Source of the DNA: an uncultured Candidatus Rokubacteria bacterium
Lineage (GTDB): Bacteria; Methylomirabilota; Methylomirabilia; Rokubacteriales; CSP1-6
Assembly (NCBI GenBank): GCA_963771355.1
Contig: CAVYTA010000006.1
Span: 1,600,001 to 1,664,000 of the forward strand
Reading direction: 5' to 3'
Length of the DNA: 64,000 nucleotides
In this document: positions 19,452 to 29,134 of the stretch, in pieces
Layout: each line of letters starts with the position of its first letter
Position numbering within the stretch: the stretch's first letter is position 1
Program-made: the position numbers and the translations under genes
Notes under the pieces: generated by a model
Databases searched by the model: none
What the model was told of the DNA's origin: nothing
The model's input: the letters and a program-made list of their open reading frames with translations, nothing else

Positions 19452-20696
19452 ATGAGACATGGACGGCGCGTAGTCATCACGGGCATCGGCGTCGTTGCCC
19501 CCAATGGCATCGGTAAGCAGGCCTACTGGGACAGCCTCATCGCGGGCCGGTCCGGTGTGGACTGGATTACCGAGTTCAACACTGACCCCTATCCTTGCAA
19601 GGTCGCCGCCAAGGTCAAGAACTTCGATCCGGGGGCGTTCATCAGAACGAAGCAAGTTCGCCATATGGGAAGGTTCAGTCAATTCGCGGTTGCAGCCGCC
19701 AGGATGGCTCTAGATGATTCCCAGCTTGCGTTAACTCCGTCAGTGACAAGCCGGGCGGCCGTCTGCTTTGGAACATCTGGTGGGGCCCCAATCTTTGAGG
19801 AGGCTGTGATTAACTTTCACACGGGGGGCTTGCAAGCGGTTGATCCTTGGACCGCTCTGGAATACCCGCCTCATGCGCCGGCATCTTACGTCTCGATCGA
19901 ACTCGGTATCACTGGCCGGACTCTCTCCATCGCGTCGAATTGCTGCACGGGACTTGATGCCATTCAGTCAGCGACCACAGAGATCAGATCAGGACGTACG
20001 AGCGTTGTACTGGCAGGAAGCGCAGAAGCTCCGATCTCTCCCGCAATTTTTGCCACATTCTCCGCGCTCGGAGCATTGAGCAAGCGGAGTGATGACCCCA
20101 CTAAAGCTTCGCGCCCCTATGACCTCTTGAGAGATGGCCTCGTCATTGGTGAAGGTGCCGCAGCTTTCGTTCTCGAAGAAATAGAGCACGCAAGAGATCG
20201 TGGCGCGAGAATTTTTGCTGAGATAAAAGGCGCAAGCGGTGCGAGCGAAGCGATCGATATGCGTAAGGGGGACCTGTCCGGAAGAGTAATGGCGAGGGCA
20301 CTATCAGGCGCGATCCAGGATTCTGGACTCAAGGCCACCGACATCGACTATGTAAACGCCCATGGCAGTTCGCTCCCAGATTTTGATGTTTGTGATTCGA
20401 ACGCCTTCAAACAGGCGCTCTCCGATCACGCGTACAGAATTCCGATCTCGTCGATAAAATCCATGATCGGCCAACCCTTTGCTGCCGCTGGGTCTCTTCA
20501 GGCGGCCGCTGCATGTCTTTCTCTGGAGCATCAGCGCGTACCGCCAACTATCAATCAAGAGTTCCCCGACCCCCGATGCGATCTTGACTATGTTCCAAAC
20601 GTATCTCGTGTAGCACGAATCAGGAACATCTTGGTGAATGGCCATGGTTTCGGTGGAGGGTGTACTGCCATAGTAGTCGGACGAACTGACGAATGA
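19452..20696 (+). CDS. stand-alone FabF-like beta-ketoacyl synthase with atypical C-H-Q triad
   Basis: RRVVITGIG, SIASNCCTG, SRPYD..RDG.V.GEGA, NAHGSS, KSMIGQPF (His to Gln), GHGFGG. Confidence 0.92.
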   Translation: MRHGRRVVITGIGVVAPNGIGKQAYWDSLIAGRSGVDWITEFNTDPYPCKVAAKVKNFDPGAFIRTKQVRHMGRFSQFAVAAARMALDDSQLALTPSVTSRAAVCFGTSGGAPIFEEAVINFHTGGLQAVDPWTALEYPPHAPASYVSIELGITGRTLSIASNCCTGLDAIQSATTEIRSGRTSVVLAGSAEAPISPAIFATFSALGALSKRSDDPTKASRPYDLLRDGLVIGEGAAAFVLEEIEHARDRGARIFAEIKGASGASEAIDMRKGDLSGRVMARALSGAIQDSGLKATDIDYVNAHGSSLPDFDVCDSNAFKQALSDHAYRIPISSIKSMIGQPFAAAGSLQAAAACLSLEHQRVPPTINQEFPDPRCDLDYVPNVSRVARIRNILVNGHGFGGGCTAIVVGRTDE

Positions 20697-20709
20697 GGAT
20701 CTTGAAGCT

Positions 20710-23199
20710 GTGGTTCTGAGTACCCGACTCCTTGGAGTCATCGTACTCTCATCCGCACTTGCGAGTCTTGGTCTGCTTGTCTTCCTCAACAATACACGCG
20801 CACAAGTTAACCGCCACTTCGCTCTCTCCGTCCTCAGTATTGTTGGCTGGATCGTAAGCATCACCATTGCACTGTCCCTGGAAGATCTGCATAAGGCAGT
20901 GGCTTTTGGGCGGTTAGCTTTTGCATTCGCGGGCAGCATTCCCTTCACACTCCTCCTAGTCATCCATGCTTTTCCAGTCCCCCAAGTAGTGTCTGCTAGG
21001 CGAACGCTCATTATTCCCGGTCTGCTTTGTGCTGCTTTTACCTTGATCTCACTGACGCCACTGGTGGTCGTCGGAGCGCAGCGAACCGCCCAGAAGACAA
21101 ATTTTATTTACGGTCCTCTGCACCCTCTCTTTTCGTTTTATGCCGCAGCGAGTCTCGGCTTTGCGCTATACCTGCTCTGGCGCAAACTACGAATGGCCTC
21201 CGGCCTTCGAAAACTCCAGCTGCGCTATTTGCTGCTCGGCATACTCCTTGGCGGTGCTGGGGCAATCACGACAAATGTTGTGATCCCCCTCGTATGGAAG
21301 ACGTCACAGTACAGCGTCCTCGGCCCATACTTCACCTTGCTACTGGTCTCATTCTCTGCCCACGCAATCATTCGTCATCGTCTGATGGACATTCGTCTCG
21401 TGGTCCGGCGGGGCTCCGTCTACCTGATGGCTGTTGCAGGTGCCGGAGCCGTTTTTATTGCACTCATCGGCACCATCGCCGCCCTTACCGCCACCAGAAC
21501 CCAAGATGTTCCGATTGCAATTCAGGTCGCACTAGCACTAGGGCTGGCCCTCGCCTTTCAGCCACTCAAGCAATGGATTCAGAATGGCTTCGATCGCTAC
21601 CTCTACCGAGAGTCGTACGACTATCGAACCATCATCCGTGAAGCGAGCCGTACAATTGCCTCTCTTCTCGATTTGAAGTCGCTCGTGGACTATCTCTCCG
21701 ATACAGTAAGCGACTCTCTCAGGCCGGACTATGTAGCCGTGTTCGTTCGAGAGCCCTCGCAGAGCTCATTCTCTCTGGTGGCATTCAAGACCACTCTGGA
21801 TCTCGAGCGCCCGGCTCTTCCAGCTTCGCTCGCTATGGCATCTGCGCTCCCTTTCTTTCTCGAAAGACATCGTCGCGGGCTCCTTCGTGATGATCTTGGA
21901 ACCGCCGTGGTCGGGCATGACGCTGAAACCGCGATCGAACATCTCAACAAGGTTGGCGCCGAACTGGCGATCCCCTTCATGTCAGAAAGAACCCTACTAG
22001 GGCTCCTTCTTATGGGACCCAAGCTTTCTGGCGACGCCTATTTTTCTGACGATCTCGAACTGCTCTCCACGCTCTCGAATCAGGCTGCTATCGCGATGCA
22101 GAATGCACAGCTTTATCGCCAGGTGCTTCTCGCCAACGAATACATCGAGAACATTCTGGGCACGATGGAAAACGGCGTCGTAGCAATTGACTCACATCGC
22201 GCAATTACATTGTGCAATAAGGCCGCTGAGCGGATGACTGGGATTGCAGCCGCATCACTGCGAAACCAGGGTGGCAGACAGCTTCCGGACGCGCTTTGGA
22301 GTCCTCTTGAAGCAACACTGAGTGACGGCCATGCGCGGACGCAACTGGAATCTGCTCTCATTGACGATGCTGGACGCGCAGTTCCGGTGGTCTGCGCCAC
22401 TTCTCCACTTAGAGATAAGCTCGGAACAATTCTCGGGGCCGTGATCGTATTCAGTGATCTCAGCAGACTAAAAGACCTGGAACGGGAAAAGCGCCGCGGA
22501 GAACGACTGGCCGCGTTCGGAGCATTGGCCTCAGGTATAGCGCACGAAATCAAGAATCCGCTCGTAGCGATCCGTACTTTTGCGGAACTTCTGCCGGAAC
22601 GATTTACTGACGAAGAGTTCCGACAAGACTTCTCCGTCATAGTTTTGAAGGAGATCGAGCGGATTGACCAGCTAGTTGGAAGGCTCAGGGGGCTGGCCGT
22701 CCCGTCTCATACCGCATTCCGAAGCGTGGATACTATCGAGCCACTTGAGGAGACGCTGGCGCTTCTGCGAGCCCAGTTCCTTCAGAAGCGAATCAATCTG
22801 ACGCGTGCATACACGGCATCCAATACTCGAATCTCAGGAGATTCAGATCAGTTGAAACAACTCTTTCTCAATATCCTTATCAATGCTGTCGAGGCGATGG
22901 AGCATGATGGGCAGTTGACTATTCGCCTAGCGGACCTAGCGACGCACGATGGCCAGAGTTTGCTCATCGAGGTGTCTGATTCAGGTCCCGGAATCCCCGA
23001 AAACATAATTGGAAAAATCTTCGAACCCTTCGTGACGACGAAGCCCAAAGGATCCGGGCTTGGTTTGGCAATTTGCCGGGGCATTACTGACGCACACAAG
23101 GGAACTATTCGCGCGACAAACGTCGATCTTGGAAACGGGACTACTATCTTGATTGAGTTCCCTGTCGCAACCGACCTACAGCCTGCCACTGTCCAGTAG
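20710..23199 (+). CDS. multi-TM (HisKA_7TM-like) GAF-PAS sensor histidine kinase (HK1)
   Basis: About 9 hydrophobic helices, AIIRHRLMDI, GPKLSGDAY..DDLELL, PAS, IAHEIKNP, NILINA, DSGPG, GSGLGL. Confidence 0.93.
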   Translation: MVLSTRLLGVIVLSSALASLGLLVFLNNTRAQVNRHFALSVLSIVGWIVSITIALSLEDLHKAVAFGRLAFAFAGSIPFTLLLVIHAFPVPQVVSARRTLIIPGLLCAAFTLISLTPLVVVGAQRTAQKTNFIYGPLHPLFSFYAAASLGFALYLLWRKLRMASGLRKLQLRYLLLGILLGGAGAITTNVVIPLVWKTSQYSVLGPYFTLLLVSFSAHAIIRHRLMDIRLVVRRGSVYLMAVAGAGAVFIALIGTIAALTATRTQDVPIAIQVALALGLALAFQPLKQWIQNGFDRYLYRESYDYRTIIREASRTIASLLDLKSLVDYLSDTVSDSLRPDYVAVFVREPSQSSFSLVAFKTTLDLERPALPASLAMASALPFFLERHRRGLLRDDLGTAVVGHDAETAIEHLNKVGAELAIPFMSERTLLGLLLMGPKLSGDAYFSDDLELLSTLSNQAAIAMQNAQLYRQVLLANEYIENILGTMENGVVAIDSHRAITLCNKAAERMTGIAAASLRNQGGRQLPDALWSPLEATLSDGHARTQLESALIDDAGRAVPVVCATSPLRDKLGTILGAVIVFSDLSRLKDLEREKRRGERLAAFGALASGIAHEIKNPLVAIRTFAELLPERFTDEEFRQDFSVIVLKEIERIDQLVGRLRGLAVPSHTAFRSVDTIEPLEETLALLRAQFLQKRINLTRAYTASNTRISGDSDQLKQLFLNILINAVEAMEHDGQLTIRLADLATHDGQSLLIEVSDSGPGIPENIIGKIFEPFVTTKPKGSGLGLAICRGITDAHKGTIRATNVDLGNGTTILIEFPVATDLQPATVQ

Positions 23200-23362
23200 A
23201 TCGACTACTACTTCCGACGTCCTCGGCTTTTCGCCTTTGCTCTAGTACTGCGCTTGAGTCAATATCGACGTCCAGTGTATGAAAATGTCCACGTCTTGTA
23301 GCAAGTCTCGTGTTGGTTAACGTTGATAGGCGTTAGAAGACTGAATCGGGCTGAGCGAGGCC

Positions 23363-25822
23363 ATGCAAATTAGCTCAAGTGCCATACCGCTTCTCGCCAC
23401 TGCATTACTGAATCTGGCAATCGCAATCTACGTTTACGGGCGGAATCCTCGGAGCACCCCCCACCTAGCCCTATCCGCAATGGCGTTCCTAGGCGGCATG
23501 TGGGCTGCCGGCGTCGCGTTCGGCAGTTACTCGAGTCCCGTCTCGCTTGCGTCTGTACGTTTCACTTTGGCAGTGGCGAGCCTTGCTCCTCTTGCATCTC
23601 TCGTTCTCGCAGAAACTTTCCCTGCAGGAGGCGGTCTCAGAGCGAGCCTCCCTTTGCGGCTGTATGCCCCGCCGTCACTGCTGTTCTTCGTACTGGCCTT
23701 TTCTTCTCTCCTTGTGATTTCAGTGCAAGAAGGTCAGTCCGGCGTCAGGATTGAATATGGACTACTTCATCCGGCCTATGGAGTTTATATCCTCTCGGGT
23801 TTTGGTAGCGCAATCTGGATTCTAACCAAGAAGCATCGAAAAGCGTCCGGAGCACTGCGACTTCAGAGCAAGTACCTTTTGATTGCACTGTCGATCCCTA
23901 TAATTTTGGGAACCGTGACGAACCTACTTGTTCCGTTAGTCTTTGGAACGTCGGCGCTAAGCAAATACGGTCCCTTCTTTTCTCTCGTCATGATCATACT
24001 GATCGCCCACGCCATCATCCGCCACCGCTTGATGGACATTCGCGTCAAGGTGCGGCGTGGTGCGGTATATCTCGCCGCGGTGCTGGTGGCGGGCCTCGTC
24101 CTCCTGTGCCTCCTCATGGCATCCAACGCGTTCTTCCACGATTCAAACCGGGCGCCGGTGCGCGAGATTCTTCTCGCGCTGCTGGTGGCGGTGCTCTTTG
24201 CGCCCCTGAAGGGGCAGATCCAGCGCGCATTCGATCGCTATCTGTACCGCGAGCCCTACGACTATCAGCGGACGATCCGGGAGACGAGCCGCGCGCTGAG
24301 CGCCACCATCGACCTACCCGCGCTGCTAGGCCACTTCGCGCGCACCGTCGGGGCCACGCTCAGACCTGAGGGGCTCGCTATCTACCTCCTCGACGTGGAG
24401 GAGGACCGCTTCGAGCGCGCGCACCTGCACGGACACGGCACGTTCCCCAAGCATGCGCCGCGCACGGTGTCGCTCCTGGTGACGCTCGATCGGGAGCGTT
24501 GCCTGCTCTTTCGTGACGAGGTCGGCCGACAGTCAGACGGTGGCGATGCCGTGACGACGCTGGGAGAGTTCGATCATCTGGGGACGGAGGTGCTCGTGCC
24601 CCTCATTGCGGACGATCACGTCATCGGATTTCTCGCCGTCGGGCCCAAGCGCTCAGGCGACCCCTTCTTCAGCGACGACGCCGATCTGCTCGCCACGCTG
24701 GCCAACCAGTCCGCGGTGGCGGTGCGCAATGCCCAGATTCACCAGCAGGTTGTCCAGGTCAACGAGCACATTCAGCGCATCCTGGCCACGATCGAGAGCG
24801 GCGTCGCCGCGGTCGGGGCCAAGGGCCGGATCACGCTCTTCAATCGAGCCGCCGAGACCTTGGCCGGAATCTCTGCCGAGGAACTGCAAGGGAAGCCGGT
24901 CGCGCACTTGCCAGGTCCGCTGGCACGGCTGCTCGAGGCGGCGGCCGGCGGCGGCTCCAGCTCCCAGGTCGAGATTAGCCTCCCCGACGCGTCCGGGCAG
25001 ATGGTCCCCTTGATGTGCTCCACCTCGCCCCTCGTCGGCCCGCGCGGTATCCCCCTGGGGGCGGTGGCCGTTTTCAGCGACCTCTCGCGACTGAAAGAGC
25101 TGGAGCAGGAGAAGCGTCGGGCCGAGCGCCTGGCCTCGCTGGAGGCCATTGCCTCGGGCATGGTGCATGAGATCCGGAACCCCCTCGTGTCCCTCAAGGC
25201 CTTTACCCAGCTCCTGCCGACCCGGTTCGACGACCCCGAATTCCGGGCTAGGCTGGTCCGCATGGCCGACCGGCAGATCTCACGCATCGACGAGCTCCTG
25301 GGACGCTTCCGCACCCTGGCTTCGGCTCCGGCCCAACCGATGGGGCTGGTCGATCTCCTTGACCCGTTACGGTCTGCGTTGGAGTTACTGCTGCCCGAGC
25401 GGGAGGCGCGAGGAGTGCAGTTGCGACGGGTGGGAATTGAATCCGTGCCCAAGATCGTGGGGAATGATTCTCTATTGGAACAGCTTTTCCATAACTTATG
25501 CCTCAATGCCATCGAAGCCATGACCGCCGGGGGAGAGCTTACGGTGCGGGTTGCTGACCTGTGCGAAGCGGGCGGGAGCACCCTGCTTGTGGAGATCTCG
25601 GACACCGGATGTGGCATCCCCGACCACCTCCTCGACAATATCTTCAATCCGTTCGTCACCACCAAGTCGAGAGGTTCAGGCCTCGGGCTGGCCATCTGCA
25701 GCAGCGTCGCCGACGCACATCGGGCAATCCTGAGCGCTCGCAACCACACCGGCCGACCCGGCTGCACGTTCGCCATCGAATTTCCCGTCCCCGACAGGCG
25801 CCCCCCCAAACTTCACATCTGA
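23363..25822 (+). CDS. second multi-TM GAF-PAS sensor histidine kinase (HK2, paralog of HK1)
   Basis: Same architecture: AIIRHRLMDI, GPKRSGDPF, VHEIRNP, NLCLNA, DTGCG, GSGLGL. Confidence 0.93.
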   Translation: MQISSSAIPLLATALLNLAIAIYVYGRNPRSTPHLALSAMAFLGGMWAAGVAFGSYSSPVSLASVRFTLAVASLAPLASLVLAETFPAGGGLRASLPLRLYAPPSLLFFVLAFSSLLVISVQEGQSGVRIEYGLLHPAYGVYILSGFGSAIWILTKKHRKASGALRLQSKYLLIALSIPIILGTVTNLLVPLVFGTSALSKYGPFFSLVMIILIAHAIIRHRLMDIRVKVRRGAVYLAAVLVAGLVLLCLLMASNAFFHDSNRAPVREILLALLVAVLFAPLKGQIQRAFDRYLYREPYDYQRTIRETSRALSATIDLPALLGHFARTVGATLRPEGLAIYLLDVEEDRFERAHLHGHGTFPKHAPRTVSLLVTLDRERCLLFRDEVGRQSDGGDAVTTLGEFDHLGTEVLVPLIADDHVIGFLAVGPKRSGDPFFSDDADLLATLANQSAVAVRNAQIHQQVVQVNEHIQRILATIESGVAAVGAKGRITLFNRAAETLAGISAEELQGKPVAHLPGPLARLLEAAAGGGSSSQVEISLPDASGQMVPLMCSTSPLVGPRGIPLGAVAVFSDLSRLKELEQEKRRAERLASLEAIASGMVHEIRNPLVSLKAFTQLLPTRFDDPEFRARLVRMADRQISRIDELLGRFRTLASAPAQPMGLVDLLDPLRSALELLLPEREARGVQLRRVGIESVPKIVGNDSLLEQLFHNLCLNAIEAMTAGGELTVRVADLCEAGGSTLLVEISDTGCGIPDHLLDNIFNPFVTTKSRGSGLGLAICSSVADAHRAILSARNHTGRPGCTFAIEFPVPDRRPPKLHI

Positions 25823-26224
25823 AAACGGCCTTGGTCGTCTCGGCCGACGAGGTCCTGCGAAGTCGTCTCCGTCGCAGTCTGGATGGCCGTGCGGTGTTCC
25901 CGGTCGGCTCGGATCAACACGGAGTTTCCGTCTACGGTCCCTTGACCCAGCGCGAGGGTCGTGGTCCGGATGGGGGTGCACTTTGCCCCCGCAGTGCCCG
26001 CCCCACAGTGCATCGGGTGTAAGTGCCCGCGGCATGGAGCGTTCGCTTCACCGGATTCGCTTCCCAGGGGGCCGCTGCCCCGTCGGCGGTGCAGCGGCCT
26101 CCTGGCGGCGGCCAGCGATGCGGCTACATTTTCATGGTTCCCACACACTTGGGCGGAGGGCGCCCGCGGCATGTGCCTGGCGCGAATCCTGCCTACTCAG
26201 ACCGACCGGCGGAATACTGTCCCC

Positions 26225-26505
26225 ATGAAAACTCCGCTCGACCTCGCTAGCCTAAAAAGCCCATATCGGTCGACGCGTTGTCTCCGCCGATGTCGTCCGC
26301 GCCGCGCCGGCGAGCCTCCTGCGCCTGACCTTCGGGCGGTCCGGGCCCGAGCTCGCGCCGGGGGCGACGTGCTGCCACCGGGCTGGCACACCCTCTACTT
26401 CCCTCTACCGCGCTGCCGCCCAGCGCGCTCCATTCTGATGGCAGTCCGCGTGATGCGAGAGTGGTCCCGCCCATGCCCCTGCCGCGGCACATGTTCACCA
26501 GCGAG
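26225..26505 (+). pseudogene. 5' remnant of a MaoC/HTD2-type (mesaconyl-CoA hydratase-like) dehydratase
   Basis: Across frameshifts reads MKTPLDLASLK.IGRRVVSADVV..., GDVLPPGWHTLYF, LPPSALHSDG...VVPPMPLPRHMF. Confidence 0.65.
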
Positions 26506-26508
26506 CGA

Positions 26509-27083
26509 GCGACTGAGGGAGCTGGAGCCGGAGAAACGTCGGGTCGAACGTCTGGCCTCGTTGGGACGCTTCCGCACCTTGACCCCGGCTCCGGCCCAAC
26601 GGATGGGGCTGGTCGATCGCCTTGACCCCCTCCAGTCGACGTTGGGCTTACTGCTACCAGAGCCGGAGTTATGCTGCGTGCCGTTACGCCGTATCGGGAT
26701 CGGGGCCGTGCTCGAGATGGTGGGTAATGATTCACTATTGGAACAGCTTTTCCACAACTTATGCTTAAATGCCATAGAGCCATGACCGCCGGAGTAGAAC
26801 TCACGGTGCGGGTTGCCAATCGGTGCGAGACAGGCGGGAGCACCCTGCTCGTGCAGATCTCGGACACCGGACGTGGCATCCCCGACGGCGTCCTCGATAA
26901 CCTCTTCAATCCCTTCGTGACGACCAAGCCGAGAGGGTCGAGCTTCGGCCTTGCCATCTCCAGAAGCGTCGCTGACGCGCATCGGGCCACCCTGAATGCC
27001 CGAAACCACGTCGGCCGACCCGGCTGCCCATCGCAATCGAATTTCCCGTGACTGATAGGCGCTCTTCCAAAATTCACGTATGA
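26509..27083 (+). pseudogene. decayed histidine kinase 3' end
   Basis: Copy of the HK2 C-terminus with about 160 bp deleted (H-box lost) and frameshifts; LEQLFHNLCLNA and ISDTGRG..FVTTKPRG remain. Confidence 0.85.
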
Positions 27084-29134
27084 GAACGGCCCTGGTGGTC
27101 TCGGCAGACGAGGCCTTGCGAGCTCGTCTCCGCCATAGTCTCGACGGCCGTGCGGTGTTCGCGGTCGGCTCCGACGAGGAGGCCCTGCGGACGCTCCGGT
27201 TCACCGCCGTGGACCTGATCGTCAAGGAGGCGACACCCACCCGCGAAGTCCCCGTCTTCATTGAGCGGGCCCGGCAGATTTGCCCCACGGCGGTGGTGGT
27301 CTGTGTGCTTACTGCCGACTCGGCGCCCGAAGACGATCCCGCTGTCGAACAGGCCGACTTCGTCCTCCTCCACCCCTTCTCGGCCAGCCACTTCCAGAGC
27401 GTGCTTCGCCAGGCCGAGGAGAAGCTCCGGCTGCTCCAGGAGGTTTCGGCGCTGCGCTCAACGTCGCGACGGCTGCCCGAGGCGCCCACTGGCCCTGTTC
27501 CCGGGGACTCCGGGCCCGCGCTGGACCTGCCGTCCGACGTGCTGACGCGGATGGTGAAGGAGTTTGCCAAGGCCCTGTCGGCGGGGTTCGACATCTCGCG
27601 CGTGCTCGATCTCTTTCTCGACGCAGTGGCCGAGCTGGCGCGGCCCACGCGCAGCGCTATCCTGGTGGCGGACCAGGTCGGCCGACTATACCGGATCACG
27701 GCCTTCCGGGGCCTGGCGCCCCACGTGGTCGAGTCGGTGGTCCTGTCAGCCGACGCGGGCCTGCCCCTCTGGCTCGCCGGGGAAGGTCGCCTCATCCACA
27801 TCGAGGAAGCGCAGGCGCGCGCCTCGGACCCCACCGCGCGCGAGATCGCGCGCGAGATGGCGGTGCTCCAGGCGACGATCGCGATGCCGCTGATGTCCCA
27901 CGGCGAGCTGGTCGCGGTGCTCACCCTTGGCCAGCGGGTGACCGGCGGCGGCTACAGCCGGCGCGAGACCGAGATCATCTACAACCTGGCCAGCCACCTC
28001 GCCACCGCGATCCGGGACATCCGAGTTCACCACCTCCTCGAGTACCAGAAGCAGTTCACCGAGCGGATCCTCGCGCACATGTCCAACGGCGTCATCACCA
28101 TCGGGCCGGACGAGCGCGTGGTGATCATCAACCGTCGGGCGGAGGAGATCCTCGGGATGGCGGCCCGCGACGCGCTCAATCGGGACCTGCGTGTCCTTCC
28201 CTCGCCGCTGGGCGATCTGCTCTTCGAGACGCTCACGCGCGGCCGCGCCGTTCATCGCGAGGAGGTGCAGCTCGCCCTGCGCAGCCTGCCCCTCGAGGTG
28301 TCCACCTACCCGGTGATGGGCGACAGCGCCACCACCCTGGGAGCGGTGCTGGTCTTCGAGGACCTCACCGCCCAGCGCCAGGCCTCCCGCGAGCGCCGCG
28401 AGGCGGAGCAGCTCGAGCTGCTCACCCGCGTGGTGGCGCGGATCGCGGATGAGATCAAGAACCCGCTCGTCTCTATCCGCACCTTCATGGAGCTCCTCGA
28501 GGAGCGCTACGACGACGCGGGTTTCCGCAGCCATTTCGCCTCCGTGGTGGGACGCGACGTGCGGCGACTCGTGCAGATGTTCGAGAAGCTGGCGGCCCTG
28601 GTAAACGAGGGTGACTACAAGCTGGAAGTGCTGGACGTGCGGCTCGCGGTCGAGGAGTGCCTGCTGGAGCTGGGCGCCCAGCCCGTGCCCGCGGCGGGGG
28701 CGGAGGCGCGGCTCCTCACCTTCATCGACGAATCCACGCAGAAGCACGTCTCCGCCACCTATTCCTTCGAGGGCCGGACCTTCCTGGTACGGGGCGATCG
28801 CGCCATGCTCAAGAAGGCGATCGCCTACCTCGTCTGGTATCTCCTGCGCAAGACGTCCGGCCAGGACGCCAAGCTCTCCGTCTCCGTATCCCGTCTCGAC
28901 AAGGAGGACCGTGTGCGGATCATCGTCGCCTCGCGCACCGCCGATGTCCGGGCGGACGAGCTGCACCGCATCTTCGATCCCATCCAGGTCGTCCAGGAGA
29001 ACCTCATCGACGTGGGGCCCTGCGTGAGCCAGCGCATCATCGAGGCGCAGGGCGGACGGCTGGAAGCCAAGCAGGGACGCGCCGAGGTGGCCTTCACCGC
29101 GGTGCTGCCGGGCGTCCCCGGGAGCATGGCATGA
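27080..29134 (+). CDS. pseudo-receiver-GAF-PAS-degenerate histidine kinase (pseudokinase)
   Basis: RIADEIKNP (H-box His to Asp); N, G1 and G2 boxes degenerate; N-terminal REC-like region without acidic pocket. Confidence 0.85.
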   Translation: MRTALVVSADEALRARLRHSLDGRAVFAVGSDEEALRTLRFTAVDLIVKEATPTREVPVFIERARQICPTAVVVCVLTADSAPEDDPAVEQADFVLLHPFSASHFQSVLRQAEEKLRLLQEVSALRSTSRRLPEAPTGPVPGDSGPALDLPSDVLTRMVKEFAKALSAGFDISRVLDLFLDAVAELARPTRSAILVADQVGRLYRITAFRGLAPHVVESVVLSADAGLPLWLAGEGRLIHIEEAQARASDPTAREIAREMAVLQATIAMPLMSHGELVAVLTLGQRVTGGGYSRRETEIIYNLASHLATAIRDIRVHHLLEYQKQFTERILAHMSNGVITIGPDERVVIINRRAEEILGMAARDALNRDLRVLPSPLGDLLFETLTRGRAVHREEVQLALRSLPLEVSTYPVMGDSATTLGAVLVFEDLTAQRQASRERREAEQLELLTRVVARIADEIKNPLVSIRTFMELLEERYDDAGFRSHFASVVGRDVRRLVQMFEKLAALVNEGDYKLEVLDVRLAVEECLLELGAQPVPAAGAEARLLTFIDESTQKHVSATYSFEGRTFLVRGDRAMLKKAIAYLVWYLLRKTSGQDAKLSVSVSRLDKEDRVRIIVASRTADVRADELHRIFDPIQVVQENLIDVGPCVSQRIIEAQGGRLEAKQGRAEVAFTAVLPGVPGSMA

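Larger units (their letters stand above)
25087..27175 (+). repeat. diverged direct duplication: about 25087-25914 and about 26509-27175
   Basis: Alignable by eye, e.g. ggctccggcccaaccgatggggctggtcgat vs ggctccggcccaacggatggggctggtcgat; ctattggaacagcttttcca in both; gtcgtctccgtcgcagtctggatggccgtgcggtgttc vs ctcgtctccgccatagtctcgacggccgtgcggtgttc. Confidence 0.9.

Noticed and set aside
19452..20696. Type II PKS or aryl polyene biosynthetic cluster
   Set aside because: No ACP, chain-length factor, reductase or cyclase genes nearby
26025..26173. 12-bp direct repeat gcccgcggcatg as att site or target duplication
   Set aside because: Short, GC-rich, no associated recombinase; plausible by chance
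25961..26785. 274-aa ORF as a real gene
   Set aside because: Chimeric read-through of dehydratase and kinase pseudogene fragments
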